64,000 nucleotides of DNA from Lama glama (lineage: Eukaryota). The notes beneath the pieces were generated by a model, which was not told the DNA's origin, did not search any database, and saw only the letters and a list, made by a program, of their open reading frames with translations. The stretch is from contig CM052832.1 in assembly GCA_028534125.1 (NCBI GenBank), positions 9,736,001 through 9,800,000 on the forward strand. Reading direction: 5' to 3'. This document shows, one piece after another, positions 25,451 through 39,845 of this stretch (the stretch's first letter is position 1; the number at the start of each line of letters is the position of its first letter). Made by a program: the position numbers and the translations under genes.

Positions 25451-28195
25451 TATTTCTCTCATGCCATTTCAACACAAGACTTAATAGGTAGATGGCTTAC
25501 AGCTATTTCAGATTTTTGCTACAGTAACAATTGTACAAGACATATATTCATTTGGTATTTGCTACCCTCATGGATTAATGCCTAAGCTATAGCTTGCTAT
25601 CAGAGAATGACACCTAAATGGCTTTGGGAAGTTTGCAAGTAGTATAATAGAAATTTAGGTCATTAAGTAACTTAAATGTTGTTTTACAGACATGGAAGCT
25701 GAGACCCAGAGAGCAGACATGGCTTACCTATGTTCACTCAATCCGTCTAGAACTAGAACTGAGTCTCTTCTCCGGTGTCCTTTCATTACCAGTATGGTTC
25801 TGTCTTCCCTCATAAAAGTAGCTGGAAATAGGAGCCCTTTATCCATGGCTTGTGTAACCCACGTGTCCTGTTAATTTAGTGTTGGCCTTAGATTGCAGTC
25901 GTGGAATTTTTTTTTATTCGCTTTTCTTCTTATTAAAGATTGGGGTCTAGTTTTATTTGCGTGAGCTTTCAAACTCATGAAAATTTGTGTCTTCCTCTTT
26001 TAAAGATGTCTCTATTTTAAAGAGTTTATATCAAGCATTTGAAAAGTTTCTTTTTTTCTTCCTACTGTTGCCTTCTCAGTGGCCTCCAAAAGTTCTTTGT
26101 GGGGGAAGACAGAAACTCTTTCCTGAATATAGTTAATAGCAGATAAAATTTATTTAGAACCAATTAGTATTCCTGTTAAAATGTTTAAATAATATGAGAA
26201 AGGGAAACAGATGTTGTAAAAATGTCAACAAGTTTCTTTGGAGAAATCCTAGAATGCTTTTTTTACTAATTTTTCAAAACTCAGTTCTCAGTTCTCTTTT
26301 TCCAAGACCCCTTCCTGCATTTTACCCTATGACATAAATCTTTTATGTTATTTCCCCTCCCCTCCTCTATTTTGTACTTAGTACAGTTCGCCCTAGAACA
26401 CCACTGAATTCATTATATGTTTACATAGTCACCATTCTTTGGTGATTTTCATTTATATGTAAAATCCTTGGGGACAGAGCCCTGCTTTATGCTTTTGAAT
26501 ACATTCACTTCTACATATTTATGGGGTGCCTTCTTTGAGGCATTGGACTCCTCTGTGGGTGCCAGCAACTTTGGGGTACACAACAGGTCTCTGATAGATG
26601 CCTGATGGTTGATATCTACTCACCATCTTTCCAGTCACCATTACAAGACAATGGAAAGAATGAGCTCTGCTCTTCCTTTGTGTCACATTGCTGACGGTGG
26701 GAGCAGCTGGGAGCAGAGTACGGAAAGCCTGTTCTTTGGAAGCTAAGGAGTTGACTGTTCCCCTGTCTGGAAAGTGAACACGTTGAAACAGAAGCCCTCT
26801 GAGCTTCCTTAAAACCTCCAGATTTCATGGTCATCAGTAGGTGCTCCTAGGCACCCTTTAAAACAACTGACCCACAAAGGAAAATGTCTTGTAGGACTGA
26901 GTGGAATCCAGTGGAAAGCTTTCCATGACTGAGCTAAGCTGCTGCATACATAATGTGAAGTAACCTAGAACACTTAGAAGGATAGAGCATTGTTTTTGGG
27001 GTTTTTTTGTTTGTTTTTTCCTCTCCCATTCCCTGAAGGTTAAACAATGCTTTATCATTATTATACTTTGGAAATGTATTAACTTTCACTTTTTCCAATT
27101 TTTATTTTTATTGTGAAATATGATATATGTGAAATACATTTTAAAGCATATGTACATTTTAAAGACTAGTAAAACGAACGCTGGGGTGGCCATCTGTAAA
27201 TGTAGTTCTCTGGGTGATCCTCCCTATGACCCACCCCAGATTCACCACTATCCTGACTGTCATCAAGAAAGTCAGGATTTGCTTCTGTTTATTATATTTT
27301 AAATTCTAAACTTGAAAGCAAAAATAGCTCAGTTGAAAAGCCTTCAGTCTTTTTATATGTATATTTTATTTTTTACACAAGGTAATACTAGAAAAACAAT
27401 AGATACAACGTTATTGATCACTTACCTCATGCCAATGACTTTTCTGAACACTTTATACCTTGTAAGTCCCCATCAATTGTATGAGATAGATGAGGAAACT
27501 GAGGCATGGAACTGGGAACGTGGTCCCACTGGAATTCTAATCCAGCCAATCTGATTCCTAAACCTGCTCTCTTAACCACTGCCTAATTAGGGTGTTGTCT
27601 TATAATTTGAAGCAATTTTGTATTTTTAAGACCTGCATCTGTTTTTTGTATCTTTGAATACTGTAACAAGTGGCCGTCAAGCTGTGCACTGTTTCTGCTG
27701 GAGCCGTGCAGCTGGGAAGCTCTGCAGGCTTTAGAGTTTGTTCAGATACGCTGGCTTCTCAGTGCTCGACACAGATACACAGTCTCTCAGTTTCTCTAAA
27801 CCTAATTATATCTTTAGTATCGTCCATTTCAGAGCACTTCTAAAATGTTATTTTATAAATATTAGCTTTTTATGGGAATTTTCAGAGAAAACCAACAATA
27901 GCCCTTGTATTTGTAGTGTAATGAATAGTGATATTTAGGTTAGAGTTAACTTACTTTAGTTTTTAAAGGAAAGGAAGAGTAGTGATTATAGGAAGTATTT
28001 TTCTAATATAGTATTTCAAAATTCTTTTAAAAATATTTCCACATTTGTAAGACAAGTAATTTTTGATACTTGTTTGGATATGATCGCCAAGAGATAGCTT
28101 CTATATACAATAGTTACTGACTCTAGTGGATTAATGTTTTCTTTGCATTGTTTGCTCTGAAAGCAACTAGCTAAAGTAACAAGCCTTTATGTTTA

Positions 28196-28349
28196 ATTTT
28201 TTTTTTTGCTTGTTTTGTTTTGTTTTATGAGGGGGTGGCAATTAGGTTTACTCATTTACTTATATTTGGAAGAGGTACTGGGGATTGAACTTGGGACCTC
28301 GTGCATGCTAAGCATGTGCTCTACCACTTGACCTACACCCGGGCCTCCC
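28196..28349 (-). mobile_element. tRNA-derived SINE (Vic-1-like)
   Basis: aattaggtttac...gaggtactggggattgaacttgggacctcgtgcatgctaagcatgtgctctaccact. Confidence 0.85.
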
Positions 28350-29959
28350 TAAATTTTAAAATTAGATACTGTTTCTGTAGAAGGAGTGCAGATTTACAGC
28401 TCAGTAATTCCTGGAACAAGGCATGTAAAGTGCCTTAGGATATTGCTAACTGCCAGCGAAGTTTTACCATGGCACGGAACTTCACTTATATAAACCTCAT
28501 GTTCTTTGTCACTGATAAGCAGTTACTGGCATTGCGCTAATTTAAAGCAATTATCTTGGGCCCCGGTGCTGCTGTTTTCCTGCTGTATAATATTGGACTA
28601 GTCATTTAATCACCAATTTGAGTATTCTTCATCTATAAGATGCTGCTGACACCTACCTCTTTGTGAGAACTAACTGAGCAAATATATATGAAAACTCGTC
28701 ACACAGCATGGTATCCAGTAGAAGTAGAATAAATGTTTATGAATGTTCTCCTTCCATTATAATTGCTTTTCTGTGCTGACAAAATTTTTATGTGGTATTT
28801 ATAAAATATGCTTGGTAATGACAAAATTAATGTTTTAAAAATGGTTTGAATGAATGCCGGCAGACTGAACTCTACCAATTAGTAATATTTATCATATGTG
28901 GGGGTTATAAAAAGCAGGATTATATTTAAGCACAGGGATGAAATAACAACTCCAGTGTATGCTACATGGAAGGACATTTTGTGGCTGGCACTGCTGCTCT
29001 GCAAACTACAACTGATTTGGCATTGCTTTTGTTTGCATATGTCTTTCTTGGATGATTGGGGGAATGCAAGCATATTGTGCTATTGCTTTTAGGTCATTTT
29101 ATTTTTGGTGAGAAGAAATTCACAATATGGCTAAGGTTGTGTGTCCTTTATTCCTTGTTAAGCAGTTAATTAAGACCAGGATGTTATTTAACTAAAATAA
29201 AGACCCAGACACCAAACACATTTTAGGATTCTTGAACTCTACCTGATCAGGCTCTTTTATCCCAGCACATTCCCAAACCTCTGGAACAGTCGAATATCAA
29301 CGTCTCTTCTCACTGGAGGGATGATCTAAAGTCTTTGCTTTCTTTGGTAGCAGGGAAAGTGTAGCTAACCCATGTGCGGCTCTTGTCAGTTTATACTGCA
29401 CTTACACATTTTCTTGTTGGATCTTCACATCACCCTTGGGAAGGAGTAGAGCTGATGTTATATCCATTTTCAAGTGAGGACATAGGGGTCCCAAGACATT
29501 AGTGAGTTGTCCCAGGTCACATTGCTAATAACTGGATAACTTTGGGCTTAAACCTAAGCCTTCTGACTATAAAGCTAAGGCTTTTCACTCTTCCATGTTT
29601 TCTCATATGCCTCTTACAAATAAAAGACCGAGCTAGTATCTTATTAGATATGAAAGTTAATCAACAAGGCAAGTGGATTCCTAAAACCTTTCTGATTCTG
29701 ACCGCCACACCGTCCTTTAGGGACTTCTCTAAGCCTGTTTTCTCATCTTCAGAGCACTGGTGTAAGGATTAAGTGAGAATGCAGGTAAAATGCTAGTATG
29801 CTGCCTGGCACATAGCTGATAACTAACAAAGGTTTAGTTTCCTTCCTTTAGCTTTCTAACTTTAGAGCAATTTTCAGGACTTGAGCAGGAGAAAATCCAT
29901 TCTTGAAAACTTTACTCAACTTTTACTCTACCCAATAATAATAATAGCAATGATGATGA

Positions 29960-30190
29960 CGATGAGAGCCGCTGATGACACTTACAAGCTTTTAATGTGC
30001 ACCAGACACGCATCTATCTAAGCACCCTTACATATATTGACTCATTCAGTCTTCACAGTAACTATGAAGTAGGTATAATCTTTATTCTCATTTCACAAAC
30101 ACTGAAACTGAGGTACAAACAAGTTCCACAGTTAATAAGCGGCAGAGCTAGGATTCAAACCCAGGTTTCGGCTCTTAGGAAATACTGCAC
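29960..30190 (-). mobile_element. MIR SINE
   Basis: gaaactgaggtac...ggcagagctaggattcaaacccagg. Confidence 0.75.
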
Positions 30191-31376
30191 CAAGGACTAA
30201 CATCAAGGTGACAGCAGCAATGCCCTTTCTTCAAGAGCTCTCTAATATTAATGCTGTCAGGTAAGGAATGTTCAGATGGCTGACCACATAGAATAGGTCC
30301 ATATTTTAGGTAATCTAAGTTATCTAAAAAAAAAAAAATATATATATATATATTTATATAGTTAAATATAATTTTATATATCTCAGAATATTTTAATATA
30401 TTACTGTATACTTCATAGTTTTAAAAGTTTAAAAAAACTGCTAAAGAGAATATTAATAAATATAAACCAGATAAAAATTTAACCAAGATTATACCCTTTT
30501 CAGCAAGGTCAGTCATGTTGCCCATTCCAAAATATGAACATTTATTATCCTATGTTGTACCTCGTCTGTAACTTCCAGTCCTGGAGGGCAGCAATAGCAC
30601 TGGGATCTTGACAGTATTCTGCAAGGAACCATCCACCCTAGGGGACTAGACATGAGGGGTGGGGTACCCTATAGAGGGAACATATTTTCACAAAGAAAGT
30701 TCCTTCTAAGAGGAATTCTTATGTTAATTATTAGGATGACAAAATAGAGAGTTTTTCATATTGTTCTATGGTGGCATACTGTACTAATCTCAAGCTTATT
30801 GAGTCCTGCCTCCTGAATAAAGTGTCAGAAACTTAAAAGATTATTATGCATGTAATTTGTCCAAGTTCTACCTTTGACCAGTGCAATGTTCTTGTGTATA
30901 GAATGTGTGCCGCTTACCTAAGTCATGAACCCACCTAACACAAAGAGTTCACTTCCTGGCATCTTTCATTATTATGTATTTCACTTAGGCAAAAAGAATT
31001 TTAGCTTTTGAATCTCGATTATTTTTTATTACCATGAATTTGTTTCTGCTTTTCTGACAATTTGGGATTATATGCAAAGACAATGTATAATCTTTAAAAC
31101 CTAAAACAAATGCAGAAGTGCAATTTTCAGGAAGTAGGTCTTTCATACTTCCATCTATGGGTCAGTCTATTCATAAGTGACAATCTTTGGTTGCTCTTAG
31201 CTGAGAAAAATCACATCCTTTTTCACTCCTTTACCTCAATTTTGAGGGCATGTGGGGGAGTTCACTAAACTGCACTGTAAAATGCTGAGCCTGTTTTTTA
31301 ATTTATAAAGTTCATGAAGCTGCCTTTCTCTTGCTGCATATCACCCCGACCTTACAGATTTATTCTAACCCTGTAG

Positions 31377-31450
31377 GTAAGAGAGAAGAGGAAACCTAAC
31401 CAATGGCTGTGGAGTAATATGGAGGAAGATGGGAAAAACTTATTTAATGG
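31377..31450 (+). other. USP49: USP49 5' UTR exon 3 (74 nt)
   Basis: ctgtag acceptor, purine-rich body, tgg|gtaaga donor. Size agrees with the recalled human leader exon (unverified). Confidence 0.7.
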
Positions 31451-32959
31451 GTAAGAAACAAAACTGTAATAAAAAGTTCTTCATGAAAACTCCTCATAAT
31501 AGTATTACGTATGACCAGTCTATAACAGGTGACCGAGGTCGGTATACTGTTAGGGAGAGTGATCAGTCACTAGCTTTGTCTTATTGCCATTCTGTTCCTT
31601 CCTACCTGTGTGAACTTTTCAGTACAATTAATTAACTAAAGCTAAGAGGGGACACAGCCATATTTGAAGATAAAGATGGGGCATGGAGACCAGCACCCAT
31701 ACTGAAACTAGTCGAGGGTAGGTCTTGAAGCTTGCTGTGTGTGGAACAGAGTCTGTGTCTGTCATGACCTGTCAAGGGTACTAACCACCCCTTCTTGCTA
31801 CCAGATACTGCCAGCTGCTGCGCATTAGGCTCACCCCAGGATCCAGTTCATCTAGGCAAGTGCAGATTGTGTGACAGCTGTTAATCAAATAGAATTCCAC
31901 AATAAAAGGCGTGACTAAACTTGTGAGATATAAAATTTTTAAATTCCACAAGTCCATACATTCTTATTGTCAATAATTCAAACATTATAGATAACCAAAA
32001 CCCCCTACCTGAATCTTAGCCCCCTCCCAGGTACATAAGTGCATGATATGTCTTTGTGCAATCTTCATCTCTGCCTACTGGTTAAAAACTTGGGCTTAGG
32101 AACCAGACAAATGTTTTCGACTAGCATTGTTAACTTGACATTTGGGCACGTTAATTTCTCTGTGCCCCAATTGCTTGGGTATAAGTGGGGACAATAAAAT
32201 GCTGATCTCATAGCAATGTTGAAGATTAATTAGTTAATCCATATAAAAAACTTGGAATAATGCCCAGAATGTGGTGAGTGTTTGGTAAACGTTAGCTATA
32301 ATTTTCATAGGTATCCCAGTTAGCATTTTTTGTGCCAAACTTCCACAGATGAATCTTTTTCTGATATACCGCAGGAGTTAAACCACCTTGGATAAGGTTA
32401 ACCATGATGGCAAGGATTTTTAAATTTTTTCATAAACGTTTTCTTTTTGGCTTCCAGCTTCATTTTTCTCAGAGTATGCTGCTAGACTATGTGTGAGAAT
32501 AGGGTTATACACTTCCAACTCTTGCTACGTATCTTATGGTGTAAAGGATGCTCACAGGTATATACTAATGAGCAACTGTTTTTGGGGTTGTGGTGGTTTG
32601 TTTCACCTTGCCCACAGAAGTACCTTTGTCAGAACAGGATGCACAATTCTTTTGTTTCTAGATAGCTATGTGACATTTGCTGTTAAGATTCCTTTAATCT
32701 ATTCTGAAGGACAATTCTTGAGTTTCTTTTTTTCTTGTTTCACAGAATCATAATAGTTTGGAAAATGTCTTTGATACCTTTTCCATGACTTTGCACTTTC
32801 TTAGGTGCTAACAATTACTTATTTTAAGAAGGAAGGACACTAAAACAGCTGTCTCTTTTTAATATTTCCCTCCTGTATTGTTCTGGGGCTTTATTAGATT
32901 CCGATGGGCTATTCTGTCTGCTGTTGACTATTTTAGAAGACAAATATACAAAAACAGAA

Positions 32960-33190
32960 GTTAACATGTACTGAGTATTATGTGTCAGGCACTGTTTTAA
33001 GTGCTTTATTCATTTACTCATCATCCCATTTAATCCTGTCATCCGCTTACAAGGCAGATGCTGTTATTGTCTTCATTTTAAAAGCTGAGAAAAGTGAGGC
33101 ACAGCTTAAATAACTTGCCCAAAGTCACATGACAAGGGGCAGCTTCAGGATTCAAAACCAGGTCCTCTGCTCCAGAGCCTGTGCTGTTGA
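32960..33190 (-). mobile_element. MIR SINE
   Basis: tgtgtcaggcactgttttaagtgc...taacttgcccaaagtcaca...ggattcaaaaccagg. Confidence 0.8.
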
Positions 33191-36100
33191 CCTGTAGGGT
33201 GCTGGCCTGGTAATAAACAGAACATTTGCCAAGGTGGATGTGGATTTAAATAAGATAATAAAGCCAGATATCTCCTGAAAAAGTCACCGTAACTCATCTG
33301 TTTCCACTTGCTTGTGGAAAAGAAAATTTGAAGTCATGTATCTTCTTAAGTTTGGGGAAAATAATGATGTAAGATGACGTAAGCTTCATAAATAATTATG
33401 TTCTTGACCATGCTTAACCATTTTGCTTCATTACAAGCTGTAGTAGATAGAAATCACCTGAATCTAGCTAAGGATCAGTACATGTTTAGAGGTGAATTGA
33501 TTTGTAGATTACCATTTCGTTGCTATTTGTAGAAATGTGCAGACACAAAGATTGAGCTGTGCAGCAGTTTGGAACTGACTGGTAATTGGAAATTGCTCTT
33601 TTGTCCTATTAAATAATATCTGAATGACAGTCAGCAGGAAGTTGTACAAGAGAAGTGGCAGGAGAAAGGTGACTTATGGGTCTTATAATTAGAATGTCAC
33701 TTATAAGTGATGGTCTAAAAAGTAAATGTAAATTAACAGTCGACATTTATGTAGGAACTGGAAGGAGTTATAGTATGTGGTTTTTGTTCTGAGGTTTGTC
33801 TTGTCAGAGAGACATTGGCTTTTCTTCACATAGCAATTCATTTCCTGTTGAAATACTGTGAAGTACAAAGAGTAAGCAACATTTAAAGAAACAACAAGTA
33901 CACTGATAAAATGTCTTGGCTTTCCTGTAAAGTCAGGCTTTCTCCTCTCTCCATCTTTTTTTGAGCATCCCTTCTGAATGTTCATCAAAGTTGTGGCTCT
34001 TAGTGTACATATCTTCTACAACAGTATCTTAAAGGCTTGAGACTCTTTCAGAAGTCAAAACTATTTTCATAACAATACTAAAACATGGTTGATGTGCAAC
34101 CGAGTACAGAAACAGCAGAATCGAACTGTCTTCCTTATTCCAGACATTAAAAAGATTTGCAAAAATGTAAAATAAGGCCACTCTTTTCACTAGATTTAAA
34201 GTGAGAATCACTGGGGTTTGTTTCTACATCAGAACATTACAGTGACCCCAGTGTGGGCCAGAAAGCCATGGTGCTCTTAAAGGAGAAAGGAGGGTTTGGT
34301 TTTAAGAAGGAACACCATCCAACCTTGCCAGTGACTCCACTGATATGTCCAAAATTCAGAATGTTCTTTGTGTTGGTTACTCCCAACTTTGGGAGGACCA
34401 AAAGGATCTTTAGTACAGCCTTTTATTTTTCAGTATTAACTGAGCATCTCTCCCCTCATAGAGCTTCCATCCCAGCCTGGGAGTCCTTTGCAGTGGTCAC
34501 AGCTCCCTCTTCAGGGGAGTCTCAGAGTTCATGGTCGCTACTGTGGATCTTGAACTCTGTCTGCTGTTTCTCAATGACAAGTACTGAGGGTAGAATGGGA
34601 GTTACTTGACATTTTGTGATTTATTGATTTTTTTAAAAGGGGGGCACCAAATGGTTTGGGATTTTTTCAAATTTTACCTGGAACCCCAACCCAATAAAGC
34701 AATAAAGGTGAGCCTGTCCAGTTACCCTTACTGTAGTTGTTTTAATCTTGTTTTGTTTTCAAAGCTAGTGCCGCTTTTGTCAAGAAATTTAACTTAAAAA
34801 AAATTCATTACCAACTGTTAGATTTATTCTAATTGTTTTTTATTATTTGAAGAAAAATGTCCATATATGTGTGAGGTTTTCATTGCCTGGTGAGTTGCTC
34901 CCAAGACCCTGTAACTTGTTTAATAAACTTTTATACAGAAAGAGATTACTTGGCTCATTAGATCGAGTCACTTAAAGATGACTGGAAGGTTAACTAATGT
35001 GACCATCAGACTCCTACTCAGTGGCTAGATGTCTTTCATATCACTCACCAACTTCAGCCATTTCCAAATGCAGATGATTGGGGACACCATTAGAATATTA
35101 ATGGAAAAAGAAACTGACATGCAAAATGTGAATGACCGAAAATTGTCTCTAAAGATTATTTTAATCTTTTTAATGTCCAAGAGTTCTGCATCAGACTTGG
35201 CCTTCCAACTTAAGGAATTCTCAGTTGTAACAGGAGTGCCATGAAATAATTGCTTTCCTGCTCCTTCTGCTGCTTCTTTTGTTTCTTTTCATCTTCTCTT
35301 ACATTTTTTTTTTGATCTGCCATTTCACTTAATTTTTCTTTCACAGCTGTCACTGAAGTAAAGATCATCACCATTTCAAGGTTTTCTTCTGCCTATAATG
35401 CTAATAATTTTTTTTTAATGTCTGAAACATAATAATAATAAAATCCTTTAGATTTTCCTGGGAGCATGTTTCCTAGAGGGGAGATTCATCTCAGTACTTC
35501 TCACTGTATGTAAACTTGAGGTTAGTCTGGACAGTTTTACCACTTTCTCCAGCTTCAGATGTCACAGAATGGTGAATCTGGGTGGGTTTTCTGATAACAC
35601 TTAGCAGGACTTTGTCCAGTGAAGCACTCTGAAGGAGAATGTGGTATCAGAAGGGTCCATTCATATTTTGGGAGACCAGTTCTTAGGAGGTTGGACTAAT
35701 TTACAATCAAGCTGTGAAGGAGTTGGGGTAGATTGTGCTGTTCCTTGCCGGAATCTCCCATCGTGGCCCTCGCTGCTACCCATGGATGGCCCAGACATCC
35801 TGGTAGCTGCAGGGTTCCCAGCTGGGAGGTCTGGGGCCCAAAGCCAGGCCAGGAGCAACAGCCTCTCATCAGCCTTCATCCACTCCCTTGGCAAATTTCT
35901 GAAAGAACATAATTTCTGAGTCCATGCCTTCTTTCTGCCTAATTCGTGTGTAACACTCCCTTCTACCTTCTGGCCTTTTGGAGCCCCTCAGACCCGTCTT
36001 CCCTAGGAAAGCTTTGTTTACAGGTCCTGAATGACCTTCCTGTTCCTTCCCAGTGTTCTGTAGACTAGTAGCCAGAAGCACACAACTACAAGTGAGTTAG

Positions 36101-36449
36101 TAAAGCAAATAATATAAGCAGGTTCACATGTAGTTTATGTTAATTTATAATGAAAAATACTGATGCTATTATAACAATAGAGCTATATAGAAATAGCATT
36201 AAAAATAAAGTGGCTTCTATTCTGTAGAACAGTATTTCTCAAACTTCTGACATTTGTACACCACTGCATGGTTTTTACCACATTCCAGTAACATCTGTAG
36301 AGTTACTTAATATTTTTTCTATAAACCAAATTACTTTTTTTTTAACCTAAAAGTCTACTTGAACCTCATCCTAAAAAAAAAAAAATACCTATGGAGTGAT
36401 GAATTTTCAGTTTTTTTAGTAAAACATGCTGTAATCATGTATGACTACT

Positions 36450-37530
36450 ACATTTAAAGATAGCCTCTGGAGAGTTCCATGTTTGGATGAGACAGAGTAA
36501 GCACCCTCTGCCCAGTCTCTCACACTGAATGCAGCTAAAAATCTGGAGAGAACAGCAATTTGAGGACTCTGAAAAGTCAGTAGTAGCCGGCAGATTACGG
36601 AAGACCAGGATTTGAAGTGCCATCACGTGTCCCCTGGCCTGCACTGAATGCGGCCCAAACCTGGAAGTGGGCAGCAGCCGGGGAAAGAGAGAGCTGCAGG
36701 ATAAACCCTCTAGCTTTGTCTTGAGTGGGAAAGGAGACTTCTGACACTCAGAGAAAGAGGGGTTGAAACCCCTTCCTTTAAAAAATGTCCCCCCATTCTC
36801 TCAGGCCCCAGGCCCCAGGCCATCCATCTTACGCTGCTGGTGCTGACAGTGATGGCGGCAGCGGTCCCAGAGGCCAAAGACTCCTCAGGGAGGGGACCTT
36901 CTTCTCTGGTTGGAGAAGCTGTAGTCCTAAAAGGGACTCATCATTGTTTTCTTTCTCTTCTTTGTCTTCCTGCTGTCTAGCCCTCAAAATATGGGATAGA
37001 ATGCGATAACAAAAGCCCCATCTTTCTGGCTGGAAGACAGAAAAGGGAAGCTCTAAGGAACTGGAAAGTACCTGGTAGGGGAGCTCAGGAAAACAACCCC
37101 GAAGAGCTGTTTGTGAACTCATGGTTCACCCCCAGCAGCACGTGCATGGATCTGATCCTCAATAGCATACCAAAAACTGTTAGAATTGAACTATGAGGTA
37201 AATCACCGTTTGGGTCCTACACTGGCCACTGGGTAGTACTAATGCCAGGCAGATCCAAATACCTCTACAAAGGCTTTGAGTGTGGAACTGATAGTTAAAT
37301 CATACCTCACAGAAGGGTTGGTTGGGATTTTTGACCTGAATCCAACCCGGTTGATTGCTTGCTAAAACAAGAATAAATATCAACATTTTCCTTAGAATTT
37401 AAATGAGCTTCAGGATCTCATAATATTCAAAATGTCCAGGATACAATATAAAATTATTCAACTTAGGAAAAGCCAGCAAAATTCAAGTAGTGTGAAAAAG
37501 ACAGCTGACAGATGGCAGCACTAAGAGCAT
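36450..37530 (+). mobile_element. Old L1M 5'-region fragment (tentative)
   Basis: Resembles L1M 5' UTR/ORF1 sequence; ends with tcaaaatgtccaggatacaatataaaatt. Confidence 0.45.
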
Positions 37531-38621
37531 ACCTCCCCCCTACACGTTGATTATGCCCTTCCCTTCGATTTGATTGGCAAGGCTAGGCCATGTGCCCACT
37601 GCTGGACTTGTGACCATTGCCAGGGAGTGCCATGCACAATCTAGGTGACACCTCACTGGCCCCACCCCTGGAGCTAGTGCTGGGGTCAGCTTCTCCTGAA
37701 GCACGTGGCCCTGTGGAGGAAGAGTGGCTACTCAGAGTAAAAGCAAGCAAACAAAAAAACCAACACCTGCATTCAGACTTCATGAAAACGTATTTAACTT
37801 TGCTCTCAGATTTTATAGGAGTTTTCTATAGGAAGGTACAGAGAGGATTGAAAGGAGATAATCTATCATAGGACTCTATAAATTTCATTAAGCCTTTTGT
37901 GTGTTTTCCCTTTGTGTATGATTCTGTTTTTATTTTTGAGGCAGATGGGTAAACATGCCTTGAGGCTAACTGTCATTTTAGCCCCGAGATAAATAACCGG
38001 TTGAAGAATACAGATGTAGTGAGCTACACCTTAGCCTTTGTAGCTGAAGATGACAGCCACTGGCCAGTAATGCTATCTAGCCAGTGGGTCCCCACCAGCT
38101 GCCTTAGCTGGTCCATGATTTGCAGCTGTAGACTGTGTGCCGAGTTTGGCATGGTGTGCACCTGCCATCCTCTCTCCAGAAAGAAATACTCCAGGTGCTC
38201 ATGGATGGCTCCCTAGGTTTATCTGCTGCTGTGATTTCTCTGAGTCCCCAGTGGTTCTGTGTCATTTGAAGTTTTGCTTTAGTGTGTCTTCAAAGTGTTT
38301 TTTTTTTTTCCTTTTCTGCTTGAGTTCTCTCTGTTCAGCTCATCACACAGCAGTTACTTAGGAATTTCAGAAAGCATGCTTGAGAGAGAAGCTGCAGAAA
38401 ATGGTGGAGCTTATTAACATTGCAAGTTCTTAAAGCCTTAAGTGTGTCAACTTTTGAGTTGTGCAAACATTTTTCATATGAAAACTGAAAGAAGGTAGTT
38501 TTAAATTGTAAACCAACCTGCAGCATTAAAATGGCAGGATTGGATTGTGAGAAACTCAACAGTTGGATTCTACTTGAAGAGGGCAGTATTGTGATTTATA
38601 TTGTCATTCTGATGACCAGGA

Positions 38622-39392
38622 TGTATTTCTCATATATTTTTGCCTTTGTCCACAGTTCCTGGCCCACAGTTCCCCAAACCCTTGGGATTTCTTTGGTGTT
38701 GAATGATCAAAGTGTCCTTTGTAATGTTAATGTGGTGACTTTTGGAAAGCACCTAAGGAGGGGGCTGATTGCCAGTGGAGCAGACCTGTGAGTAGAGGGT
38801 AGGAACCTTCAATCTCACCCCCTGACCTGAGGGGTGGGGAGAGGGGCCTGAAGTTGAATCCATTCCCAATGGCCAATGATTTAATCATTCATGCCAATGT
38901 GATGAGGCCTTCATAAAAACCCAAAGGGATAGGATTCCGAGGGCTTTCACTTTGGGGGAACCAGAATGCTTCTAGGTGCCCCTGTGCAGGGCCCCAGGTT
39001 CCACAGGTACAGAAGTCCCTTTGGGACCTCGCCCTGTGTATCTCTTCCCCTGGTTGTTGATTCATATCCTTTAAAATCCTTTGTGATAAATTGGTAATCT
39101 AGTGAGTAAACAGGTCTTCCTGAGTTCTTTGAGCCATTCTGGCAAATTAATGGAATCCAAAGAGGGAGTCATGGGAACCTCTGATTTATAACCAGTTGGT
39201 CAGAAGCACAGGCAACAACCTGGCTTGCGACTGCTGTGTGAAGTGGAGGTGGTTTTATAGGACTGAGCCCTTTACCTGTGGAGTATGATTTTATCTCTGA
39301 GTAGATAGTGTTAGAATTGAATTGAATTCTCAGACACTCTGTTACTGCCCGAGAATTGTTTATTGGTGTGGGGAAGCCTCCACATGTACACA
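38622..39392. mobile_element. MER21-like ERV solo LTR (~770 bp)
   Basis: cagttcctggc...aaacccttggg, aatggccaatgatttaatc, agccattctggcaaatta, accagttggtcagaagcacagg, gatagtgttagaattgaattgaatt. Confidence 0.75.
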
Positions 39393-39589
39393 CGTTGAAT
39401 TGGGTCCAGGAACCTAACTTAAGGTGACTGAGAAGAGACCAGAGTAATACCTATACATTATCTTTGGAACATTTGACCTACATGGGTCAAGTGGAAGAAG
39501 AATCTCCGCAGAGAGCAAGGTAGTCATAGTCTTAACTTTGTTGGCAGTGCCAGTTTGTGAACTAGAGCAAGTCACAGAGTCACTTTATA

Positions 39590-39845
39590 TACTGACAGTC
39601 ATTTCTTGAGCTCTGACTATGTGCCAGGCATTGCTGTAAACATTTTACATATGCTAACTCATTTAATTCTCACAGCAACCCTATGAGATAGAATCTGTTA
39701 TTGTTCCCATGTTACAAATAAGGAAACTGGGGCCCAGAGAGATTATTTTCCCAAGGCTATGTATAACTAATAAGGACTGAGCTAGAATTCTAACCCAAGC
39801 AGCTTGGCTTGGACTTTCAATCACCATGCTATACTGCCTCCCAGT
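39590..39845 (-). mobile_element. MIR SINE
   Basis: ctatgtgccaggcattg...ggaaactggggcccagaga...accatgctatactgcctc. Confidence 0.8.
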
